Assembly (NCBI GenBank): GCA_047617985.1
Contig: JBLGBS010000003.1
Span: forward strand, 1 to 64,000
Reading direction: 5' to 3'
Source of the DNA: Candidatus Nanohaloarchaea archaeon
GTDB taxonomy: Archaea > Nanohalarchaeota > Nanosalinia > Nanosalinales > Nanosalinaceae
Length of the DNA: 64,000 nucleotides
Part shown: one piece after another, positions 45,397 to 55,635 of the stretch
Numbering within the stretch: position 1 is the first letter of the stretch
Layout of the letters: every line of letters starts with the position of its first letter
Position numbers and translations under genes: made by a program
The notes under the pieces: generated by a model
Told to the model about the DNA's origin: nothing
Seen by the model: only the letters and a program-made list of their open reading frames with translations
Databases searched by the model: none

Positions 45397-48354
45397 CTAA
45401 CACTTGCTGAACCCGCAGTCAGGGCACTTGTTGCATCCCTCGACTAGCTGGAGCATCCCCCCGCATTCTGGGCATTCCGGGTTTCCGCCGTTCTGAATGA
45501 TTGCTGCGGCGTCCGCCTTTTGCTCTTGGTCTGTCTTTGGCTGTGTTTCTCCGGTTGCTTCTGTGTCTGTTCCACCGAAGTTTTCGACGGTTTGCTGTGT
45601 GTCGTGCCCCATATGCCTTTTCATGGCTTCTGCGATTGCGTCAGGTACTGAGTGGATCTGTGTTCCCTGATCCCATGCGATCTGAGGTGACCGGATGTCG
45701 TCCAGCTGTTTCACTACTTCGTCTGCGTCCGCTCCAGTTCGAAGTGCCAGTGAGGTCATTCGGCCTAGTGCCTGTGTAAACGACTGTGTGTAGCCTCCTG
45801 ATTTTCCTAGGTTGGCGAAGACTTCGAACGGTCCGTTGTCTTCTGCGTCGTTGATTGTGACGAACAGGTCGCCGTACGCAGTCTCTATTTCCTGTGTGGT
45901 TCCTGAGACTACCTTTGGTCTTTCTTTGACTCCTTTGTTGGCTCCCATGCTTGTGTGGTCGCCGTTGCCGGAGTCATCTGCCTGGACATTTTCCTGTGTT
46001 ACTTCTTTCTCCAGTTCTTCCTTGTCTTCGACAGTTTCTGCTTCAACCCCGTCCTCTGTGTTGATGACTTTGAGGCCTGCTGTTTCCTTGATGCCTGTTG
46101 CTTCTGCGAATTCTTCTGAGGATACGAAGTCTTCGACTCCTCCTTTCTCTTCTACAAGTTCGGAGATTGCGTCGACTGTATCCATGTCAGTTACAGTGTT
46201 TTCTGCGTTGGTCTGCATAACTTGGACATCTCTTGTCCCGTCTCTGTAGACTGTCATGCCTTTGATTCCTAGATCGTAGGCGAGCATGTATGCTTCTCTG
46301 ACATCTTCTCTTGTTGCTTCGTTAGGGAAGTTGCAGGTCTTTGAGATTCCTGAGTGGTTGTGTGTCTGGAATGCTGCCTGGATCCGGACATGTTCTTCAG
46401 GTTTGACCTGGTCTGAGGTTTTGAAGATTTTCTTGATATGCTGTGGAAGGATCTCATCTGAAATGCTTTCGATTCCCTCCCATTCGTTGTTGCGCATCTT
46501 CTGTTCTGCGTCTTCCTTGACTTTCTCGACATCGACATTGTTTGCTGTTAGAGCTCTGATGAAGTAGTCATCGAACTCGACAAGCATGTCCTCTCCCTGA
46601 ATGTCTTTCGCTACATTCTTGAAGTAGGCGACCTGATAGATTGGTTCACATCCTCCTGAAGTGTTTCCAATCATTGAGGTGGTTCCGGTTGGTGCGATTG
46701 TGACGGTGTTATGGTTTCTCATCTTGATTCCGTCTTCGTACTCCTGTGGATCCATTCCGCCGGTGTATCTTCTGAACCATTCTTCGTGGTCGGTTGGGTT
46801 CGCCCATTTGGATTTCTCCCATTCGTCGAACTCTCCTCTGACATCTGCAAGTCTATTGGATTCTTCGATCGACCATTTTGTGATGAGTCTCTGGATTTCC
46901 TTTGCTGCGACAATTGATTCGTCTGACCCGTACTCGATTCCTAGCTGGATCAGCATCTGTGCGAATCCCATAAGCCCGAGTCCGACTTTTCTCATTGAGC
47001 TGACTTTGTCCTCAATTTCTTCAAGCGGGAAGTCAGACATTGTAACTACATTGTCGAGGAACCGTGTGCCTTTCTTTGCTATTTCCTCGAACTTGTCCAT
47101 TCGGAGTGCGTCCTGCATGTAGTCCTCCATCGCTTCCTCTAAACCTTCCTGTGTTGTGTAGTCGTAGTCCGGGTGGTTGGCTTTCCATTCGATCCAGTCG
47201 AGCCCCATTCCGTCTCCCTGGTCTTCTACCATCAGGGAAAGGTTGATGTGGCCGAGGTTGCATGCCTCGTAGTTTTCAAGCGGCTGTTCTCCACAAGGGT
47301 TTGTTGCCTCGATTCTGTGCTCCGGATGTTTCTCTGTGTCGAATGAGTGTTCTTTGTTAGTCTCATCGTACATGAAGAGTCCTGGTTCTCCGTTTCTCCA
47401 TGCTCCGTCGACAAGTGTCTCCCAGATAAATCGGGCTGGAAGTGTCATCTCTTCTCCGACTTCGAGGTCGAGATCGTATTCTTTGACTTCTTCTGAGAAT
47501 GTGGATGCGAAGTCTCTCCAGAAGTTGTCGTCCTTACCTTGGTCGGATCCTGCTGCTTCAGGGTACCATTCTTCATCGGAGTTGTAGAACTGTGCTGTCA
47601 TCTCCTTGACTTCGAACGGTTCGTCGGTTCGAGGGTTGATCAGTGTGTATTCCTCGTCGTTTTTGACGGCTTCCATGAAGTCGTCTGTTAGTCCTACAGA
47701 AATGTTGAAGTTGGAGAGGTTTCCTTCCTTTCTCTTTGCGGTTATGAATCGAAGGATGTCAGGGTGGTCGACCTTCATAATTCCCATCTGGGCTCCTCTT
47801 CTCTTTCCGCCCTGCTTGATGGTTCCACACATAGTATCGAAGACCTGCTGGAAGCTCATAGGCCCGGAGGATACTCCTCCTGTCGATCCTACAATATCTC
47901 CTTTAGGTCTCATTAAGTGGAATGGATATCCCATTCCTCCTCCTGACTGGAAGATCTTTGCTGCGTCGTGTACTTTGTTGAAGATTGAGTCCATGTCGTC
48001 TTCAGGGTGTACAACGAAACAAGCGGATAGCTGCTGGAGTTCTGCTCCCGCGTTCATCAGTGTAGGGGAGTTAGGCATGAACTCCAGGTTGCTCATCATT
48101 TCGAAGAATTCCTGCCAGCTGTCTTCATAATCGACATCATCGTATTCTTTGTCCGGCTGCGCGACATTTTTTGCAACCCTTTCAAACATTTCCTTTGGGG
48201 TTTCCTGCACTTCGCCGTTCTCATCCTTGATGAGGTAACGGGCAGGAAGTATCCTGTCGTGAGCGTTCTCTGTCAGTCTTTCTTCTACGGTTTCGCCTGT
48301 AACCCTTTTTACAGGTAGTTTAAAATCAGTTTTTTGCTTAGCGTTTGTTGCCAT
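45397..48354 (-). CDS. nrdJ: Adenosylcobalamin-dependent ribonucleoside reductase, class II
   Basis: The catalytic segment [21 protein letters not shown] and the C-terminal zinc ribbon CPECGG...CNKCPDCGF are typical of class II RNR. There are halophile-style acidic insertions and no intein signature. Confidence 0.85.
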   Translation of the reverse strand: MATNAKQKTDFKLPVKRVTGETVEERLTENAHDRILPARYLIKDENGEVQETPKEMFERVAKNVAQPDKEYDDVDYEDSWQEFFEMMSNLEFMPNSPTLMNAGAELQQLSACFVVHPEDDMDSIFNKVHDAAKIFQSGGGMGYPFHLMRPKGDIVGSTGGVSSGPMSFQQVFDTMCGTIKQGGKRRGAQMGIMKVDHPDILRFITAKRKEGNLSNFNISVGLTDDFMEAVKNDEEYTLINPRTDEPFEVKEMTAQFYNSDEEWYPEAAGSDQGKDDNFWRDFASTFSEEVKEYDLDLEVGEEMTLPARFIWETLVDGAWRNGEPGLFMYDETNKEHSFDTEKHPEHRIEATNPCGEQPLENYEACNLGHINLSLMVEDQGDGMGLDWIEWKANHPDYDYTTQEGLEEAMEDYMQDALRMDKFEEIAKKGTRFLDNVVTMSDFPLEEIEDKVSSMRKVGLGLMGFAQMLIQLGIEYGSDESIVAAKEIQRLITKWSIEESNRLADVRGEFDEWEKSKWANPTDHEEWFRRYTGGMDPQEYEDGIKMRNHNTVTIAPTGTTSMIGNTSGGCEPIYQVAYFKNVAKDIQGEDMLVEFDDYFIRALTANNVDVEKVKEDAEQKMRNNEWEGIESISDEILPQHIKKIFKTSDQVKPEEHVRIQAAFQTHNHSGISKTCNFPNEATREDVREAYMLAYDLGIKGMTVYRDGTRDVQVMQTNAENTVTDMDTVDAISELVEEKGGVEDFVSSEEFAEATGIKETAGLKVINTEDGVEAETVEDKEELEKEVTQENVQADDSGNGDHTSMGANKGVKERPKVVSGTTQEIETAYGDLFVTINDAEDNGPFEVFANLGKSGGYTQSFTQALGRMTSLALRTGADADEVVKQLDDIRSPQIAWDQGTQIHSVPDAIAEAMKRHMGHDTQQTVENFGGTDTEATGETQPKTDQEQKADAAAIIQNGGNPECPECGGMLQLVEGCNKCPDCGFSKC

Positions 48355-48431
48355 TAAGAGTGTAACACCTTTTGTGAGTATGATTCTGATGTGAAATATG
48401 TGTGATTAAGTGAGCATGATTTGTGATGTAG

Positions 48432-48872
48432 TCAGCTTTTTTGAAGCTGTTCGGCTTCCCGGAGGAAGCTTTCAGCGTTGTCAAACGAGTCGTAGACCGA
48501 CGCGAACCTCATGTAGGCGACTTCATCTCTTTTCTTGAGTGCTTCTTTAACTGCTTCACCTATCTCTTTTGACTTGATCTCTGTCTCGCCCCGGACCTCT
48601 TTCTTTACTTCGTCTACGATTTCCTCTACTTCTGAGTTCGAAATTGAGGTCTTTTCTGTGGCGCGTGTTACTCCTTCGATAATCTTGTTTTCATCGAAGG
48701 TTTCCTCGGCACCATCTGACTTGATGACTTTAATATCCAGCTTTTCGGCGGTTTCATATGTTGTAAACCGTCTTTCACATTCAGAGCATTCTCTGCGTCT
48801 TCTAACCTTTTCGCAGGTTTCTCTGGTGTCTACTACTTTGCTGGAGTCGTTGTCACAGTAAGGGCATTGCAT
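48432..48872 (-). CDS. nrdR: NrdR-like transcriptional repressor (Zn ribbon plus ATP-cone)
   Basis: MQCPYCDNDSSKVVDTRE...RRRRECSECERRFTTYE aligns with the NrdR N-terminal zinc ribbon. The ATP-cone follows. It sits immediately upstream of nrdJ on the same strand. Confidence 0.8.
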   Translation of the reverse strand: MQCPYCDNDSSKVVDTRETCEKVRRRRECSECERRFTTYETAEKLDIKVIKSDGAEETFDENKIIEGVTRATEKTSISNSEVEEIVDEVKKEVRGETEIKSKEIGEAVKEALKKRDEVAYMRFASVYDSFDNAESFLREAEQLQKS

Positions 48873-48908
48873 CGGTATAGCCTCGTCTAACTGAAATTAA
48901 CATACTAG

Positions 48909-48944
48909 ATGTTGTGGAGAACCTTGTCCCCTCCCCCACAACAT
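48909..48944. promoter_or_regulatory. Perfect 9-bp inverted repeat ATGTTGTGG-N18-CCACAACAT in the nrdR upstream region, flanked by two shorter near-palindromes
   Basis: Read directly from the sequence. Arms are 48909-48917 and 48936-48944. AACAT-N5-ATGTT lies at 48899-48913, abutting a TTAATTT TATA-like element. CACAACATGTCGTG lies at 48937-48950. Confidence 0.5.
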
Positions 48945-49073
48945 GTCGTGCTTCTGTGACTTATTTACTCACGACTTTCTTATAAACCCTTTTGTGTTGG
49001 ATAATATTGAATATTCATTGAAGAGTAGCAAAATAGTGTCATTATTTAAAATCTGGAGTTTCCCGTTTGACAT

Positions 49074-49907
49074 ATGGACGGCGGATCCGCAGCAGAGAAG
49101 ACCATAGAGAAAATAACCAGAGAAAGAATGACCAAAATCGCAGAAATACAGGAAGACAGAAACGAGGTTTCTTCCAAAAACTGTTCTGATTTCAGGGGAG
49201 AAATAAGTTCCATAGTACCAAATATAGAAAAGGTCGAAATTGATACAGATACCGCCGGGCCAGCAGAGGGGAAGAACAGAAGAACATTCCAGGATGAGGA
49301 AAAGACACAGAGACTTGAGTCAGTCTATGAAACTCTTTTCGGGGAAGGCGGATTTGAGATATTAAGAGATCAGGAAGCTGAAGCAGTCCACGATCCTGCA
49401 AAAATGGGATCGCTCTCATATGAAGGGACAAAAGAGAGACTGCATAACTTCGGACTGCTGGAAGACAGCGAAATAACACAGACCGGATCCCTTATATATG
49501 AAAACTGGAGCGGAATAGAGGAATACCTTAGCTCCCAGGAGAGAGTAGAGGATATAAAGGAAGAAATCGGTGAAATGGGTATGCCTGGATTTCTGAGGCT
49601 TTCTGGAGTAGATGTAGAAGATACAGATAGCTACCTCAGAAACAAATCAAGGTTCGAGAATCAATGGATCCGAGAGCATGACGGAACAGTTGAACTTTAC
49701 ATGATCACAGATGCTCTTTACTCGAGCAAAGAAAACGACAGCGAGACATTAAGACTTCTAGAAGATGTTAAGAAAGGAGAAGTCAACCACCCTGAAGGAT
49801 ATGAAGAGATAGGGATCAGAGGAATAAACTCCAAGAAAGAATCCACACTTAACCTTGACGGGGAGAAAATCTACGGAAAAGTATTGGCCGACTACATGAG
49901 TTTTTGA
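49074..49907 (+). CDS. Hypothetical acidic protein
   Basis: 277-aa ORF. Confidence 0.4.
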   Translation: MDGGSAAEKTIEKITRERMTKIAEIQEDRNEVSSKNCSDFRGEISSIVPNIEKVEIDTDTAGPAEGKNRRTFQDEEKTQRLESVYETLFGEGGFEILRDQEAEAVHDPAKMGSLSYEGTKERLHNFGLLEDSEITQTGSLIYENWSGIEEYLSSQERVEDIKEEIGEMGMPGFLRLSGVDVEDTDSYLRNKSRFENQWIREHDGTVELYMITDALYSSKENDSETLRLLEDVKKGEVNHPEGYEEIGIRGINSKKESTLNLDGEKIYGKVLADYMSF

Positions 49908-49957
49908 GCCACCAGTTGGCTTTTCAAACTTGACACTACAGCATAAGATGTAATAAA

Positions 49958-51745
49958 ATGAAAATCGTCCCCGACACCTCGATCATAATTGATGGAAAAC
50001 TTTCCGAACTTGCAGAAAAAGGAGAGATAGAAGGAGAAATAGTTATACCGGAGTTTGTGGTGGACGAGATTGAGAACCAGGCCAACAAAGGACTGGAAAT
50101 CGGCTTCGCAGGAATAGAAGAGATCAAACAGATCAGAGAACTTGGGGAAGAAAAAGGATTCCAGGTTTCTTTCACAGGAAGGAAGCCGACAGATGAAGAG
50201 ATCAAGATGGCTTCAAGCGGGAGGATAGATGCTTTAATCAGAGATGTAGCTGAAGAGATGGAAGCCACCCTTTACACCGGAGATATTGTTCAGGCAAAGA
50301 TCGCTGATGCAAAAGGAATCGACCACAGACTGTTTGAAAAAGAAAGAGTTGAGACATTCTCACTTAAAGAATACTTTGATGATAAAACTATGAGCATCCA
50401 CCTGAAGCAGGGTTCAAAGCCTAAAGCCAAAAGAGGGATGCCCGGCGAGTTCAAACTTGAAGATATCAGCGAAGAGATTCTGGAGAAAGATGAGATCAAC
50501 GAGCTGATTCAGGAGACAATTGAGAAAGCCGAGATGAGCGATGATGGTTTAATCGAGATGCAGAAAGAAGGGGCCACAGTTCTACAGATCGGAAGGTACA
50601 GAATAGCAATTTCAAGACCGCCTTTCTCCGAGGCACCGGAGATCACAGCTGTTAGACCTGTCTCAAAGGTCTCCCTTGAGGACTACGAATTAACTGAGAA
50701 ATTGATGGAAAGACTGGATGAAACCGCTGAAGGAATACTGATCGCAGGAGCCCCTGGACACGGTAAATCGACTTTTGCACAGGCACTAGCGGAGCACTAC
50801 GAGCAGGAAGACCGAATACTGAAGACGATGGAGAAACCAAGAGACCTGGATGTAGGCCCGGATATTACACAGTACGCGGAGCTTGAAGGCGATATGGAGA
50901 ACACCGGCGACTTTCTACTGCTTGTCAGACCGGACTACACGATCTATGACGAGGTTCGGAAAACCAAGGATTTCGAGGTTTACTCAGACATGAGGATGGC
51001 TGGAGTAGGGATGGTCGGGGTAGTCCACGCATCCGAAGCAGTCGACGCTGTGCAGAGGCTGATCGGGCGAGTAGAGCTGGGAATGATCCCTCAGGTAGTT
51101 GACACGGTCGTCCATATCGAGAATGCGGAGGTCGCAGAAGTATACAAGTTAGAGCTAACCGTCAAAGTACCGGAAGGAATGACAGAAGAAGACCTTGCGA
51201 GACCGGTCGTCCAGATACAGGAACTGGAGAACAGCAAACCGGTATACGAAATCTACACATACGGAGAAGAAACAGTTGTCATACCTGTTGATGAGGAGAA
51301 AAGAGAGTCCAGTACCCGGAAACTGGCGAAAAAACAGTTGCTCCACGAACTATCCGGAAGAGTTGACAACCCTGAGATCGAGTTTATTTCAGACGAGCAT
51401 ATCCGGTTAATGGTTGATGAGGACGAGATCTCACATGTGATCGGATCCGGAGGAGAGAACATTGACAGACTTGAGGACGAACTTGGTCTAAACATTACAG
51501 TTGAACCTAAAAGCAAGACTTTGAAGAACGGCATCGACTTCCAGGTGGAGGAGCGAGGTAACTCCCTGATAATAGATGTCGGAACTGGTATGTCCGGAGA
51601 AGACATAGACGTTTACGACGGCGACGAGTTTCTTTTCACTGCTACAGTCGGGAAAAACGGAGAAATCTCCCTGACCAAAAACTCGGATCTGGCCGGTCGA
51701 GTACTGGGAAGCTACGAAGCCGGAAAGCTTGATGTGAAGGTATAA
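49958..51745 (+). CDS. PIN domain / PhoH-like P-loop ATPase / KH domain protein (COG1855-type)
   Basis: N-terminal PIN (MKIVPDTSIIIDG), Walker A GAPGHGKST, and C-terminal KH (VIGSGGENIDRLEDELG). Confidence 0.75.
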   Translation: MKIVPDTSIIIDGKLSELAEKGEIEGEIVIPEFVVDEIENQANKGLEIGFAGIEEIKQIRELGEEKGFQVSFTGRKPTDEEIKMASSGRIDALIRDVAEEMEATLYTGDIVQAKIADAKGIDHRLFEKERVETFSLKEYFDDKTMSIHLKQGSKPKAKRGMPGEFKLEDISEEILEKDEINELIQETIEKAEMSDDGLIEMQKEGATVLQIGRYRIAISRPPFSEAPEITAVRPVSKVSLEDYELTEKLMERLDETAEGILIAGAPGHGKSTFAQALAEHYEQEDRILKTMEKPRDLDVGPDITQYAELEGDMENTGDFLLLVRPDYTIYDEVRKTKDFEVYSDMRMAGVGMVGVVHASEAVDAVQRLIGRVELGMIPQVVDTVVHIENAEVAEVYKLELTVKVPEGMTEEDLARPVVQIQELENSKPVYEIYTYGEETVVIPVDEEKRESSTRKLAKKQLLHELSGRVDNPEIEFISDEHIRLMVDEDEISHVIGSGGENIDRLEDELGLNITVEPKSKTLKNGIDFQVEERGNSLIIDVGTGMSGEDIDVYDGDEFLFTATVGKNGEISLTKNSDLAGRVLGSYEAGKLDVKV

Positions 51746-51750
51746 CTCAG

Positions 51751-52305
51751 ATGGAAGACAACTTTCGAGAAGACGACGATCTCTCTGATGCACCTGCTCT
51801 CCCCGGAGATAGATACGGTTCAAACACTCCTTTTCCGACCGATACCGGCTATAGAACTGACACAGCACAGAACATCGATAAGATAATGGGTATAGTAAGC
51901 GGTCAGCTGACTGAAATTGGAAGTCGGTGGGAGAAGAAAGAAAATAAACCGGATCCAGGGTGGTTTCCAGAAAGTACCTACAGCGGCAGAAACGGAGATC
52001 TTCAGGTAAGCGGAGAGGACGAAACAATCGAGGTTTTCTACTCTATAGATGATAATGCAATCTTACCTGAGAAGCTTTTTGATAGAGCGGAAGAACTGGA
52101 GTACTGGATGAGAGGTATCAACAGCGAACTTCCCCGGCTGTTCGCGACTAGTAACGGGATTTCCATGGTTTTCGGAGATGAAATTGAAGACTATGAGGAC
52201 GAAATGGAGGTATATCTCCGTGATTTCGCACATCTAGCTGACTTTGCTGATAGAGAATCTGAGGTCTACGATCCGGAAACAGATAAACTGGATGAGTTCT
52301 TCTGA
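51751..52305 (+). CDS. Hypothetical acidic protein
   Basis: 184-aa ORF, 5 bp downstream of the previous gene. Confidence 0.4.
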   Translation: MEDNFREDDDLSDAPALPGDRYGSNTPFPTDTGYRTDTAQNIDKIMGIVSGQLTEIGSRWEKKENKPDPGWFPESTYSGRNGDLQVSGEDETIEVFYSIDDNAILPEKLFDRAEELEYWMRGINSELPRLFATSNGISMVFGDEIEDYEDEMEVYLRDFAHLADFADRESEVYDPETDKLDEFF

Positions 52306-52338
52306 TATTCTTTTTAACCAATCTGGATAATTGTCTGT

Positions 52339-53502
52339 GTGAAGCAGTTACAGGTTACGGTTCCGGGAAAGTTCAAGGATGAAGCAAAGGAGATTCTGGA
52401 AGATTACTCGAGCGATGTCTCTGTCTCGGAGGCGGAAAAGAATGATGAAGAGGTTCTTCAGTTCCATGTAACTGTGGAATCCGATCAGATCGATGAATTA
52501 TCCGATGAACTGAAGGATATCGAGGATCTGGAGTCCGGCGATCTAACCATCAATGTGATGAAGCAGGAGTCCCAGATCAAGAAAGGGCAGAAAACTCAGG
52601 GTAAAAGCTCTATTCTTTCTCAGGCAGAGATATACAGTCAGGCACAGGAATCAGCTGTATTCAACCGGGCAGAGTGGAGTCTTGTAGCTCTTTCATCAGT
52701 AATTGCTACTTACGGCTTGATAGCCGACAATGTTATCGTTGTTATAGGTGCGATGATGGTTGCACCGATACTATCGCCGTTCATCTCCGGAGCTCTATCC
52801 CTCAATGTCGGTGACAAAAACTTACTGAAGCAGTCGGTGAAAACAGGTTCTATAAGCTTTCTGCTGGCTGTAATAGTCTCTACTTTAGCTGCTCTTCCTT
52901 TCCCTGTCAGCCTGAATCCGTCACTTGCGCTGGTTTCCCAGCCTTCAATTGTAAGCGTTCTGCTTTCAGTTTTTGTAGGAGCTGCAGCTGCTCTGACATT
53001 TGTAACAGGTATGAGAGATGAGATAGCAGGGGTAGCTGTTGCAATCGCCTTAATACCTCCTATTGCCAGTATAGGTATCGGCTTTAAGATGATGAACCTC
53101 TCAATAATTGCGAACTCATTCGCTGTCGCTCTGATGAACATAGTTTCGATAATTGCCTCCGGATTTGTATGCTTCCACTTGCTCGGCATTCGACCCTCTA
53201 CATACTACAAGAAGAAGCAGGCTGAAGAGATTAGATACGTTATTCCTCTAGCGGTTCTGGTGCTTTCCGTCCTTGCTGTACCTGTCGCGTTCTCATCTTA
53301 TGAAAGCTATCAGAACTATACTTCCGAGCAGGATATCCGAAGTTTCGGTGAAGAGTTCTTTGGCGAAAAGCTTCTTTCTGTCGACGTGGAAAATAACGAA
53401 GCTCATTTCTATGTTGTAGGTAACTACAGCGAGTCGGAGCTGGAAAAACGGAAGCCGGAGAACTCGGATATTGAAGTAACCCAGCTCAGGGAAGCAGGCT
53501 AA
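52339..53502 (+). CDS. DUF389-family membrane protein
   Basis: Soluble N-terminal domain followed by a TM core with VIGAMMVAPILSP (an IGAMLIAPLMGP-like DUF389 signature). Confidence 0.55.
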   Translation: MKQLQVTVPGKFKDEAKEILEDYSSDVSVSEAEKNDEEVLQFHVTVESDQIDELSDELKDIEDLESGDLTINVMKQESQIKKGQKTQGKSSILSQAEIYSQAQESAVFNRAEWSLVALSSVIATYGLIADNVIVVIGAMMVAPILSPFISGALSLNVGDKNLLKQSVKTGSISFLLAVIVSTLAALPFPVSLNPSLALVSQPSIVSVLLSVFVGAAAALTFVTGMRDEIAGVAVAIALIPPIASIGIGFKMMNLSIIANSFAVALMNIVSIIASGFVCFHLLGIRPSTYYKKKQAEEIRYVIPLAVLVLSVLAVPVAFSSYESYQNYTSEQDIRSFGEEFFGEKLLSVDVENNEAHFYVVGNYSESELEKRKPENSDIEVTQLREAG

Positions 53503-53532
53503 TTATTTAAAAAAGGATTTTTAAACGAAGTT

Positions 53533-53889
53533 ATGGCTTTGGATCAAATTATTCTGGCTTTGAACACCGCCGGAACGCTAGCCATCGGAAGCATCTGTTT
53601 CTTCATAGTTTACACCACGTTTCGAGGAATTGAAGACGATATGATACAGGAATTCTCGAAGAGATTCCTCATGGCTATAGCAGTTCTTCTGCTGTATGTT
53701 TCATACCTGATGGTGTACAACACCTTCTTCCAGGGATCAACTATGGCTAGATACCCACTCTACCTTGTACTTGTCGCAGTATTCCTATACATGATTTACG
53801 CAGCAATGGCGTTCGAGAAAATTGCAAAGGAATACGGAATTTCACAGGACAAGAAACTGGAAAAAATGGAAAAGGAAGAACTGGGTTAA
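53533..53889 (+). CDS. Small membrane protein
   Basis: 118 aa with three TM helices. Confidence 0.4.
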   Translation: MALDQIILALNTAGTLAIGSICFFIVYTTFRGIEDDMIQEFSKRFLMAIAVLLLYVSYLMVYNTFFQGSTMARYPLYLVLVAVFLYMIYAAMAFEKIAKEYGISQDKKLEKMEKEELG

Positions 53890-55049
53890 GGCTTTCTCTT
53901 ATCTTTTTTCTTTCTAACTACAGTGTTAAGCTCGTTAAGAGCTTCGTCAACTACTTCGAGCATATCCCAGCCTTCTTCCTCGATGTTGATGTTTCCTAGT
54001 TCGGAGTAAAGCTTCAGCTCGATCTCCCATCTGTGCTTCTTCCCATCTTTCTCAGCTTTCCTGAACCTCATAGTTAGCTCTTCAGGTCTCTCAAGTTTTC
54101 TTCCAAGTGAACCTCTGAGCTGTGTCTTGATCTTGTTGTGGACAGCAGCCTTTTCCTCCGGAACTTCCAGCCCTGTAAGGGACACAAGAACCGTTTCTCC
54201 CGGAGCAAACTTCGCCATATAATCTATGAAATCCTTCACTGTTACAATCGACTCAGGGTATCCTGCGTCAGTGAAAACTATCTCTGTCGCATTTTTCCCT
54301 TTCATCTTCTCCGCAGCTTCATCTGCTTTAAGATGATCGCTCATACTGAAAGGATCACGCGACATAAGCTCTTTAACAGGTATATCCGACATCTCATCCT
54401 TCTCAATACCTCCAGCTATATTGACTTCACGACTGCCTGATCTATCACCTTTGGTTCCTCCAGAATCAATAGAGTCTCGTGGAACCATAGCTCTCAGAAG
54501 ATCTGTACTTCTCAAAATCCCTGTCAGATTTCCGTCTTCATCGATAATAGGCAGTCTTGATAGATTCTTATCAAGCATCAAGTGTCGGGCCTTATCCAGG
54601 CTGTCCTCCTCGAACACTTTCTCCAGCTCGTAGGAATGAATATCTCGGGTTGAAATGTTGTCAAGTTCATCCACCTCTGTCAGGATGTCTCTGAACTCTG
54701 TATCCCCTACAACTCCTTTCAGCTTTCCGTCTTCTGTTTCCACCAGCATCTTCCGACCGGAGTTAACCCTCAGAGAGGCCAGGTCAACTAGACTGGAGCC
54801 GTCTTTGATTTCTGGGGGCTGATGCATCGCTTTCTCAATCTTGGTTCTCTCAGGATTGAACTGGATAAATCTGATGAGCTCTCTGTAGCTGATCGCTCCC
54901 TCAAGTCGGTTCTTTGAATCAACTACAGGGATGGTTCTTAAATCCTCTTCTTCCATCCTGTTCTTGATTTGTGCAAGGTTTTCATCAGTTTCAGCTGTAA
55001 CAGGATCCTCATTGATAACCTTGTTTGCCGGAATGTTCTGTACTGACAT
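53886..55049 (-). CDS. Four CBS domains fused to a C-terminal HPF/RaiA-like (ribosomal S30AE) domain
   Basis: Two CBS pairs. The last 95 aa or so (SLTGLEVPEEKAAVHNKIKTQLRGSLGRKLERPEELTMRFRKAEKDGKKHRWEIELKLYSELGNINIEEEGWDMLEVVDEALNELNTVVRKKKDKRKP) align by pattern with E. coli HPF (LNITGNNVEIT...[37 protein letters not shown]). Confidence 0.55.
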   Translation of the reverse strand: MSVQNIPANKVINEDPVTAETDENLAQIKNRMEEEDLRTIPVVDSKNRLEGAISYRELIRFIQFNPERTKIEKAMHQPPEIKDGSSLVDLASLRVNSGRKMLVETEDGKLKGVVGDTEFRDILTEVDELDNISTRDIHSYELEKVFEEDSLDKARHLMLDKNLSRLPIIDEDGNLTGILRSTDLLRAMVPRDSIDSGGTKGDRSGSREVNIAGGIEKDEMSDIPVKELMSRDPFSMSDHLKADEAAEKMKGKNATEIVFTDAGYPESIVTVKDFIDYMAKFAPGETVLVSLTGLEVPEEKAAVHNKIKTQLRGSLGRKLERPEELTMRFRKAEKDGKKHRWEIELKLYSELGNINIEEEGWDMLEVVDEALNELNTVVRKKKDKRKP

Positions 55050-55055
55050 TTTGTA

Positions 55056-55559
55056 TCACCTGTCAACCAGGAACTTCTCTGGCTTTTCATCCATGTCAAT
55101 AAAGTTATCAGCTGCCTCCCTAATCTCTTTTGCGGAGGATTTACCGAAGCTCATAACTTCTACTCTGCATCCAAGAGACTTCAGGTGATCCACGAGGACT
55201 GCGAAATCACCGTCTCCTGTGACCAGGACAACAGTGTCCAACTTCTTGGCCTGCTGTACCATGTCAACTGTCATTCCTAGATCCCAGTCTCCTTTCTTCT
55301 GACCGCCGTAGAACTCCTTGAGCTCTTTGGCTTTAACTTCATATCCGATTCTTCTAAGTGCCTCGAAGAAATCCTCTTCATCCGGTGTATCAGCTCTGAT
55401 AACGTACGCTGCTGCACGGATAAGATCACGGTTCATCACCGCGGCATCAAGAAGTTTTTCGAAGTCAACTTTTCCGTCGTATAGGTTTTTTGCGCTGTAG
55501 TACATATTTTGAACGTCTACGTAGACGCCTACTCTTTGATCGTTGTGTATATTTGTCAT
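55056..55559 (-). CDS. NYN-domain (LabA-like) predicted ribonuclease
   Basis: VGVYVDVQN...DWDLGMTVD...VVLVTGDGDF match the conserved acidic motifs of the NYN/LabA family. Confidence 0.7.
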   Translation of the reverse strand: MTNIHNDQRVGVYVDVQNMYYSAKNLYDGKVDFEKLLDAAVMNRDLIRAAAYVIRADTPDEEDFFEALRRIGYEVKAKELKEFYGGQKKGDWDLGMTVDMVQQAKKLDTVVLVTGDGDFAVLVDHLKSLGCRVEVMSFGKSSAKEIREAADNFIDMDEKPEKFLVDR

Positions 55560-55635
55560 TTTACTAACTTACCTCTAGTTCAAGAAAATCGATTGAAATA
55601 TCGATCCTTTTCAGTAAAAAAGACTTAGACGATAT

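Noticed and set aside
48376-48431. Clustered TGTGA/GTGAG-like motifs in the nrdR-nrdJ spacer (tgagtatgattctgatgtgaaatatgtgtgattaagtgagcatgatttgtgatg) considered as an NrdR-box array
   Set aside because: The motifs are direct rather than inverted. They do not fit the 16-bp palindromic NrdR-box consensus. They may simply be AT-rich promoter sequence.
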